From Bradymonadia bacterium (lineage in GTDB: Bacteria; Myxococcota_A; Bradymonadia; UBA7976; UBA1532): DNA of 64,000 nucleotides. Positions 57,296 through 64,000 of this stretch are shown here, piece after piece. The notes beneath the pieces were generated by a model. The model saw nothing but the letters and a program-made list of their open reading frames with translations. It did no database searches and was not told the DNA's origin. Every line of letters begins with the position of its first letter. The first letter of the stretch is position 1. Location: the NCBI GenBank assembly GCA_046290225.1, contig JBKAGE010000076.1, forward strand, positions 48,775 through 112,774, read 5' to 3'. Position numbers and translations under genes: made by a program.

Positions 57296-59365
57296 TCAGC
57301 GGTCGGGACGACCACCCGGGTCACGAGGCTGGCCACGATCCTCCGGCGGGCCCTCTCCATCATCCTCGTTGGCCTCGTCTTCATCCTCATCAGCCTCGTC
57401 ATCTGCCTCAGGGGCCTCGGCGCCATCTGCCTCTTCTTCGTCCTCATCGTCATCCCCACCGCGGTCAGGCCGATCGCCGCGGTCATGGGGCGGCTCGCGC
57501 TCTTCACGGGGGTCACGGGCTTCCTCTGCGTCCGCCTCGTCGTCCTCGTCGTCGCCCGCTTCGCCGTCCTCACCCTCGTCGTCAGCGTCTCCACGATCTG
57601 CAGGGCGGCCGCGATCATCCGGACGGCCACCACGACCCTCCTCGGCTTCACCCTCGTCTTCGTCAGCAGGGCGCCCACGATCATCCGGGTGACCGTCATC
57701 TTCTTCAGCCTCGCCCTCGTCGGCATCTCCTTGGTCCGCCGGCCGACCACGGTCATCCGGGCGACCACCACCACGAACATCCTCGCCCTGGTCGTCACCG
57801 CCGCGGCCCTCGGCACCTCCTCGATCTTCGGGGGCCCCACGGTCATCGCCCCCACGCTCCTCAGCTTCACGATGGCCTGGCGACGCAGCACGGGTGTGGA
57901 AGGTGATCGAGTGCCCCTCGGGCAGAGCCTCTCCGCTCTCTGCCATGACCTCTACACTCACCGTCACCGTGTACTCAGTGTCGAAGGCCAACGGCGCACT
58001 GGGGGTGAAGAAGATCTTCTTGTTCCGTACATTGATGGTGCCCTCTACCAGGGCACCATCGGCGCCCACCACCGTAAGGCCGACCTCGCCCACCGAGTCT
58101 GCATCCACCCCCTTGTTGAACTTGGCCTCGATCAACGTGCGGGGTGTCACACGCTCGGCACCATCCCCAGGACGAATACGCAACAGCGTAAATGGACCAG
58201 CGGCTTCGTCCTCGGACTCCACCTGGAAACTGGCTTCATAGGGCGCCGACATCGCTTCGCCGTCCGCACCCGTCACCCCGTCTACCCGCACAGTGTACGT
58301 GCCACCGGGAGCAAGTGATGTGTCGGGCTGAAGCGAGATCGTATCGTCGTCCGTCACCGACACCTCAAAGGGTACCTGAGCCCCATCCGCATCGGTGAGG
58401 GTGATCTCGGCGTCGGCGACGCTCGCAGGATCGATGGCCCCGTTGAACTCCACCTCGATGGCGTCATCAGGATCCATGTCCTGGCTATTGGGGTTCGGAT
58501 CAGAGTCCGAGACCAGCAAACCCAAGATCTCACCGGCCGCCTCCTCAGCTTCTGGGGGCAGCTCGGGCTCGGCCTCCATGTTGTCGGGCACGCCGTCACC
58601 GTCATCATCATCGTCGTCGGCGTCCACCTCGCCGTCACCGTCGTTGTCCACCTGCTCTGCGGGGCTGTTCTCAGGGGTGGCGATGCCGTCTTCGATGACC
58701 ACGTCACCGAGATCGATCTCTTCGCCTTCGCCCTCCGGCTCACCTGCACCCGCATCTGCTCCATCAGTATCTGCGCTGTCAGAGTCTCCGTCGCCAGCGC
58801 CCTCGTCCGCAGCACCCGCATCTGAAGCGCCCTCGTCCGCAGCGCCGTCATCCGGCGCACCCGCATCCTCGGCGCCGTCCTCTACAGGGGCCTCCACTGG
58901 GGCCTCTACGGGCGTCTCTCCAACAGCTTGCTGTGCCTGCTCAACCTCGCTGGTGAGCCCAGAAGACGCAGTGCCATATACGTCATCCTTTTGCTCATCC
59001 CCAGGGAGCTGCAGCATCTTGGATTGAGTGGTGCCTTCTCGATCAGCGTCGAAGTAGAGCACCCCCGAGAACGCATCGTCTTCCAAGAAGTGCACGACGT
59101 ACTGCTTACCCGCCTCGAGGGGCAGGATGAAGCGGCCATCAGAAGTGATGCGGCTCCGGGCGATGTCGCCTGCGGTGCTGATGGCCAGAACCTCAGCCCG
59201 CTCGGGCTGAGCGGTGCGCAAGGTGCCCTTGAGTGACCAACTCTGCGCACTGGTCTCGCTGGCCACGCTCGGCGGTGTGTCTTCACCTGCAGTCGTCGAA
59301 TCTCCGCCTCCAGAGCTGCAGCCGGTGGCGGCCAGGGCGGCGTAGAGAAGGTGAGAGTACTTCAT
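57296..59365 (-). CDS. Acidic lipoprotein with two bacterial Ig-like (Big_5-like) domains and repeat tail
   Basis: Lipobox ATGC; DxDGDG Ca-binding-like motifs; two IEVEFN..D..SV / LxxxTxYTV Ig-like units; DDRGRP repeats. Confidence 0.8.
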   Translation of the reverse strand: MKYSHLLYAALAATGCSSGGGDSTTAGEDTPPSVASETSAQSWSLKGTLRTAQPERAEVLAISTAGDIARSRITSDGRFILPLEAGKQYVVHFLEDDAFSGVLYFDADREGTTQSKMLQLPGDEQKDDVYGTASSGLTSEVEQAQQAVGETPVEAPVEAPVEDGAEDAGAPDDGAADEGASDAGAADEGAGDGDSDSADTDGADAGAGEPEGEGEEIDLGDVVIEDGIATPENSPAEQVDNDGDGEVDADDDDDDGDGVPDNMEAEPELPPEAEEAAGEILGLLVSDSDPNPNSQDMDPDDAIEVEFNGAIDPASVADAEITLTDADGAQVPFEVSVTDDDTISLQPDTSLAPGGTYTVRVDGVTGADGEAMSAPYEASFQVESEDEAAGPFTLLRIRPGDGAERVTPRTLIEAKFNKGVDADSVGEVGLTVVGADGALVEGTINVRNKKIFFTPSAPLAFDTEYTVTVSVEVMAESGEALPEGHSITFHTRAASPGHREAEERGGDDRGAPEDRGGAEGRGGDDQGEDVRGGGRPDDRGRPADQGDADEGEAEEDDGHPDDRGRPADEDEGEAEEGRGGRPDDRGRPADRGDADDEGEDGEAGDDEDDEADAEEARDPREEREPPHDRGDRPDRGGDDDEDEEEADGAEAPEADDEADEDEDEANEDDGEGPPEDRGQPRDPGGRPDR

Positions 59366-59419
59366 CAATGGCATGCTCCTCGATGCGCTCTCGCGCGTAG
59401 AGACCCCATAGGGGGCGTT

Positions 59420-59512
59420 CCAGTTCGGCAACCCTTCAAGCCATGGGTGATCACACCGACAGGCCAGGGGCTTTGCGCCCGCGTCTTTCGAACGCGGTTG
59501 CCCTTTCGCTGG
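59420..59512 (-). ncRNA. c-di-GMP-I (GEMM-I) riboswitch aptamer
   Basis: Minus strand reads CCAGCGAAAGGGCAACCGCGTTC-GAAA-GACGCGGGCGCAAAGCCCCTGGCCT...ATGGCTTGAAGGGTTGCCGAACTGG: GGGCAA, GNRA-capped P2, CGCAAAG junction, GGCCT..ATGG receptor-like part, GTTGCCG, closing CCAG/CTGG; about 55 nt upstream of the Ig-like gene. Confidence 0.85.
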
Positions 59513-59639
59513 GCGCAGAATGCCCAGACACCAACCACCAAAACCTCGTTATTTTCTTTATCCTCTTTAAGACCTGGATCGCGAACGACTCCAGGCAAGC
59601 ATCGCTGAGTGGACGTGCGCCTGTGGGATGTGGATGCGC

Positions 59640-61085
59640 TCAGCGTTTGGGGGTGGGCATACCATCGATTTTGAGCTGAGGCAGGTTTGAACGGACCACC
59701 TTGTTCAGCTCCACCTTGCCCCGAGGCGCATTGGCCAGCTCGGTGGCCGCAGCAGCTTTCTTCTTGTTCTTGAAGTTCCCCGGAGGCCCGCCCCAACGGT
59801 TGTAGACGGGGTTCTCGCACGCCACCTTGCCCTCCCAAAAATGCCGGATGATGTAGCGACCCTGGAAGTTGTTGTGGCTGGCCATGTCTACAGCGCCAGG
59901 TGCCTCTACTCCGGTGCCATCACGGTTGGCACGGCCACCACGAACGGGCTTTGCCTCAGTGAAGACGAGATCCTCGCTGAGGGTGTCCTTGCTGTAACGC
60001 GTGTGCATCCGCGTCAGCACCCAGCTCGATGCAGCTCCGAAGAAAGGCTGATTGATTGCGGCAACCCCACGCCCTTTGCCAGAGCCGTTGTCTTTGACGC
60101 CCATGACATCGCCACCGAGGGTCATGAGATCAGCAGGCTGTAGAGGCGGGACAGGGCACGGGTCGCAGCTGGTGGTCTGCCATGCGTACTCGGTGACAAC
60201 GGCCTTGTTGCCGTGGGCGGCCATCGTCGAATCGAAGAGCTGAGCGTAGAACGCGCCAAAATTCTCGCGGACTTTATCGAGGACCTCAACGTTGCTGGGG
60301 ATGAAGACATTGGGGTAGTTCGCCACCTCGAAGCGAGATGTCGGGTGCAGCACATAGACGATGAGGTCCTGCTTCCCGTTGGCGTTCAACAAACCCAAAC
60401 GCACCGGCAGGCTGAACTGCTCCGACTCGTAGTCGAACCGCAGCGGTGACAGTACGGCGTAACCGTGGTCGTCACGCTTCACCTTCTCGATGTTCACCTT
60501 CGCTACGAAGAACTTCATCCCCCCACGGATATACGGCGCCAAAGCCTTCGAGGCCCCGTCGGGAATCGTGTACTCGTTCGCCTTCAGCCACCCTTCCAGC
60601 CCATTCGCCTCCTTCGCTGACAGGATCACAATCTGGTACTCGCCCACCTCGAACTGCGCTTCGATCGTCACCCCAAAACCGCCAGGTGCACTTGCAGACT
60701 CGTTCACCATGCCCGTGAGCTTCTTCATGTCCCCTTTTCGCTTGTAGTACTTTCGCGGCGGCACATAGCAGGGGTCTTGCTCCCAATACTCGACGAGGCG
60801 GGGGGCTGAGAGCTGGTCGACTTTGCTGAAGACATCGTGGGGCAATGTCTTGACCTGCTCTTTCTGAAGGACGACGGGCACAGGGACCACCATGGCGAAG
60901 TCCTCTGGCGGCCCCTGGTAGTTGTTCGACATCGACAACACCGTCTTGTTGCCCTTGCGCATCAACGCCACCTGAGAGGCATTGTTGTGCAGCTCAGCGT
61001 CTGCACCTGATACGAAGAACCCGCAAAACCCCAACGCGCTCGATGGCAGCCCCATCATCGCGATCATCAACGCCAGCAACCGCAT
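59640..61085 (-). CDS. DUF2330 domain protein, copy 2
   Basis: Near-identical to copy 1 outside short variable segments. Confidence 0.88.
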   Translation of the reverse strand: MRLLALMIAMMGLPSSALGFCGFFVSGADAELHNNASQVALMRKGNKTVLSMSNNYQGPPEDFAMVVPVPVVLQKEQVKTLPHDVFSKVDQLSAPRLVEYWEQDPCYVPPRKYYKRKGDMKKLTGMVNESASAPGGFGVTIEAQFEVGEYQIVILSAKEANGLEGWLKANEYTIPDGASKALAPYIRGGMKFFVAKVNIEKVKRDDHGYAVLSPLRFDYESEQFSLPVRLGLLNANGKQDLIVYVLHPTSRFEVANYPNVFIPSNVEVLDKVRENFGAFYAQLFDSTMAAHGNKAVVTEYAWQTTSCDPCPVPPLQPADLMTLGGDVMGVKDNGSGKGRGVAAINQPFFGAASSWVLTRMHTRYSKDTLSEDLVFTEAKPVRGGRANRDGTGVEAPGAVDMASHNNFQGRYIIRHFWEGKVACENPVYNRWGGPPGNFKNKKKAAAATELANAPRGKVELNKVVRSNLPQLKIDGMPTPKR

Positions 61086-61334
61086 GCATCTCTCCCTGAT
61101 GGTGTGCCCAATCCCATAGCACATCGATCGAAGGGGGTCCTGCGGTTCCCTCAGTGACAACCCCTCAGCGTCAGCCCCACAGTGACCCTGCCCCAGGGTC
61201 TTCACCCATTGTCACTGTGACGCACGAAGCCGCTGCTCAGGACTGAAGCTGCTTTGAGCGTGATCTTTGGGCCCCTCGGCTCCGGCACGCACCTTGAAAT
61301 GCAGGGTGGGTGAACCACAACTGAGGAGCCCATC

Positions 61335-61802
61335 ATGATTCGAGCACTCATCCTGTGCGCACTCGCCCTCTTCCCCGCTTGCGACGAGGGCGGTGATGAC
61401 CGCGGTGGTCTCGGCGCGTCAGGCACACCTGCCCACGTGACCGTCACCGGTGCCAACACCTTTCAGATGAGATTGCAGTGCGATCTTCAGGGTGTCACAG
61501 GCGATCTGACCATGCAGGTCGAAGTCGTCAGCGATACAGGCATCACCTGGGGTTCAGGTGCCAACCCTGACATCACCGGCGTCATCAGCACCGGCGACAC
61601 CTCGTGGATCACCTCGGGCACGGTGACCTCACCCGTCGCGCAGTACAGCTTCACCGGACGCAACCAGTTCGCAGACTTCGTCGATCACCAGAGCTATGCG
61701 CGATTTCGAGTGAAGTGGGTGCCCGATGGCGATCGCCTGTTCATGGTGATCAACCCATTTGGCCCTGGGCCGAGCCAGCACGTCTGTGTCCCAGCGGAAT
61801 GA
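61335..61802 (+). CDS. Hypothetical lipoprotein
   Basis: GAGGAG RBS; lipobox FPAC; beta-rich body. Confidence 0.72.
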   Translation: MIRALILCALALFPACDEGGDDRGGLGASGTPAHVTVTGANTFQMRLQCDLQGVTGDLTMQVEVVSDTGITWGSGANPDITGVISTGDTSWITSGTVTSPVAQYSFTGRNQFADFVDHQSYARFRVKWVPDGDRLFMVINPFGPGPSQHVCVPAE

Positions 61803-61808
61803 CCCCGC

Positions 61809-63260
61809 TCAACGCTTGGGGGCAGGCATACCGTCGATCTTGAGCTGAGGCAGGTTGGAACGGACGACCTTGTTCAGCTCCACTTCGCCTCGAGGTGCGT
61901 TGGCCAGATCAGTGGCCGCAGCAGCCTTCTTCTTGCCCTTCGGGTTGCTCGGCGGACCGCCCCAACGGTTGTAGATGGGGTTCTCGCACGCCACCTTGCC
62001 CTCCCAGAAATGCCGAATGATATAGCGGCCCTGGAAGTTGTTGGTGCTCGACATCTCCACAGCCCCCGGTGCCTCTACCCCCGTACCGTTCCCTCGGGCA
62101 CGGCCACCCACCACAGGCTTTGCCTCGGTGAAGACGAGATCCTCGCTGAGGGTGTCTTTGCTGTAACGCGTATGCATCCGCGTCAGCACCCACGAAGACG
62201 CCGGCCCGAAGAACGGGCGCCCCGGCATGGGACGCCGGCCAGGCGCGGTCTTGCCCCCACTGTTGTCCACGACGCCCATGACATCACCACCGAGGGTCAT
62301 AAGATCGCTGGGCTGCAGTGGGGGCACAGGGCATGGGTCGCAGCCGTTGGTCTGCCATGCGTACTCAGTGATGACAGCCTTGTTGCCATGAGCAGCCATG
62401 GTGGAGTCAAAGAGCTGGGCGTAGAACGCGCCGAAGTTCTCCCGAACCTTGTCGAGGACCTCGACGTTGCTGGGGATGAAGACGTTGGGGTAGTTCGCCA
62501 CCTCGAAACGCGAGGTGGGGTGCAGCACATAGACGATGAGGTCCTGCTTCCCGTTGGCGTTCAACAAACCCAAACGCACCGGCAGGCTGAACTGCTCCGA
62601 CTCGTAGTCGAACCGCAGCGGCGACAACACGGCGTAACCATGGTCGTCACGTTTCACCTTCTCGATGTTCACCTTCGCCACAAAGAACTTCATGCCTCCC
62701 CGGATGTACGGCGCCAGCGCTTTCGAGGCTCCGTCGGGAATCGTGTACTCGTTCGCCTTCAGCCACCCTTCCAGCCCGTTCGCCTCTTTCGCCGACAGAA
62801 TCACAATCTGGTACTCGCCCACCTCGAACTGCGCTTCGATCGTCACCCCGAAGTCTTTTGGAGCAGCAGCCACGGGCATAGGCACTGATTGTGGAGCTGC
62901 GCTGAGCTTCACCATGCCCCGCCTTCTTGGGTAGGGCCTCTGACAGGGGTCCTGCTCCCAATACTCGACGAGGCGGGGGGCAGAGAGCTGGTCGACTTTG
63001 CTGAAGACATCGTGGGGCAATGTCTTGACCTGCTCTTTCTGAAGGACGACGGGCACAGGGACCACCATGGCGAAGTCCTCTGGCGGGCCCTGATAGTTGT
63101 TCGACATCGACAACACCGTCTTGTTGCCCTTGCGCATCAACGCCACCTGAGAGGCATTGTTGTGCAGCTCAGCGTCTGCACCTGATACGAAGAACCCGCA
63201 AAACCCCAACGCGCTCGATGGCAGCCCCATCATCGCGATCATCAACGCCAACAGCCGCAT
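61809..63260 (-). CDS. DUF2330 domain protein, copy 3
   Basis: Near-identical to copies 1 and 2 outside variable segments. Confidence 0.88.
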   Translation of the reverse strand: MRLLALMIAMMGLPSSALGFCGFFVSGADAELHNNASQVALMRKGNKTVLSMSNNYQGPPEDFAMVVPVPVVLQKEQVKTLPHDVFSKVDQLSAPRLVEYWEQDPCQRPYPRRRGMVKLSAAPQSVPMPVAAAPKDFGVTIEAQFEVGEYQIVILSAKEANGLEGWLKANEYTIPDGASKALAPYIRGGMKFFVAKVNIEKVKRDDHGYAVLSPLRFDYESEQFSLPVRLGLLNANGKQDLIVYVLHPTSRFEVANYPNVFIPSNVEVLDKVRENFGAFYAQLFDSTMAAHGNKAVITEYAWQTNGCDPCPVPPLQPSDLMTLGGDVMGVVDNSGGKTAPGRRPMPGRPFFGPASSWVLTRMHTRYSKDTLSEDLVFTEAKPVVGGRARGNGTGVEAPGAVEMSSTNNFQGRYIIRHFWEGKVACENPIYNRWGGPPSNPKGKKKAAAATDLANAPRGEVELNKVVRSNLPQLKIDGMPAPKR

Positions 63261-63333
63261 GCATCTCTCCCTGATCGTGTGCCCAATGCCATAGCACATC
63301 GCGAATGGCATCGGATCGGGTGTGATCTCGCCA

Positions 63334-63666
63334 TCACCTCGGGGTGCCCACCCCACTGATGTCGAGCTGTGGCAAGGTCGAGCGCACCACGTCTTCGAGT
63401 TCGACCACGCCCCGAGGTGCATTGGCCAGCCCAGTGGCCGCCGACGCACGTTTCCGGCTATAGGCAGCCCCGGACGGCCCCTGATAGTTGTTCGACATCG
63501 ACAACACTGTTTGATCGCCGCTGCGGACCAGGGCCACCTGAGAGGCATTGTTGTGCAGCTCTGCCTCTGCCCCCGACACAAAGAACCCGCAAAACGCTAC
63601 AGCGCTCGATGACAATGATGTCGTGTGCAAAACCATCGCTGTGATCATCAATCCGAGCCATCGCAT
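63334..63666 (-). pseudogene. Internally deleted DUF2330 paralog (copy 4)
   Basis: Signal peptide plus FCGFFVSG..MSNNYQGP joined in frame directly to the C-terminal AATGLANAPRG..VVRS.LPQL.I.G..TPR; about 370 central codons absent. Confidence 0.8.
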
Positions 63667-63840
63667 AGATCTCTCCATGAGGATTTGTGAGAAAACAGTC
63701 AGTGCCTGCGCAGCGTATGGCTCCCTGACTACTCTTCGGGGCAACTTGGGTGTCCGCTCTGATGTGAGATCTCTCGGAGATTGCAGCAGGGATGTGGCGT
63801 TGTGGTGGTTTCGGGGGTCGCTCCGCTGGCGAGAGAGTTT

Positions 63841-63872
63841 CGGGCACGGGCACGGGCACGGGCACGGGCACG
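63841..63872. repeat. Hexamer tandem repeat (CGGGCA)5
   Basis: cgggcacgggcacgggcacgggcacgggcacg read directly. Confidence 0.9.
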
Positions 63873-64000
63873 AGTTGATACATACCTGGACCCGTGGTCC
63901 TGCATGACTCCGCTCGTAGATTTGTGATGGTGGAGGCTCTACCCGACCCCACCTACTTCTCAATGGAGGCTTTTGGGCTCCATAACACCCAAAACCTGAA

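Noticed and set aside
55279..63666. Diversity-generating retroelement as the cause of DUF2330 variation
   Set aside because: No reverse transcriptase in the window, and the differences are block replacements rather than adenine-specific substitutions.
63667..63963. N-terminal extension with CPCPCPCP on ORF 63334-63963
   Set aside because: It is a translation of the hexamer repeat upstream of the real signal-peptide start.

Overview
High-GC bacterial DNA, most likely from a myxobacterium or close relative (Myxococcota; inferred from three MYXO-CTERM-type sorting tails, an AgmX/GltJ-like protein and DUF2330 genes). The window opens in the 3' part of a stand-alone LanB-type (PEARL-like) gene followed by an ABC/HlyD/TolC export operon. 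It then holds many secreted or surface proteins: a fascin/FG-GAP protein, two Cys-rich trypsin paralogs, a PHB depolymerase-like esterase and an Ig-like lipoprotein. Housekeeping and metabolic genes include nagZ, ttcA, mepA, a molybdopterin oxidoreductase, an acyl-CoA ligase and an ethanolamine-type permease. The most notable system is a four-gene module at 14670-21581: anti-sigma-like protein, subtilisin (S8) lipoprotein, ECF sigma factor and TPR-CHAT caspase-like protease, with a low-GC core that cuts across gene boundaries. Elements the ORF track misses are a 159-bp MITE with a TTA duplication that splits an Rpn/DUF4351 gene, a c-di-GMP-I riboswitch, a CsoR-type operator, a structured inverted REP-like doublet with compensatory changes, and a 44-bp hairpin that pairs fully only on the minus strand. 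The window ends in three mosaic DUF2330 paralogs plus an internally deleted fourth copy. No rRNA, tRNA or CRISPR array was seen. All family calls come from motif recognition by eye, not database searches.
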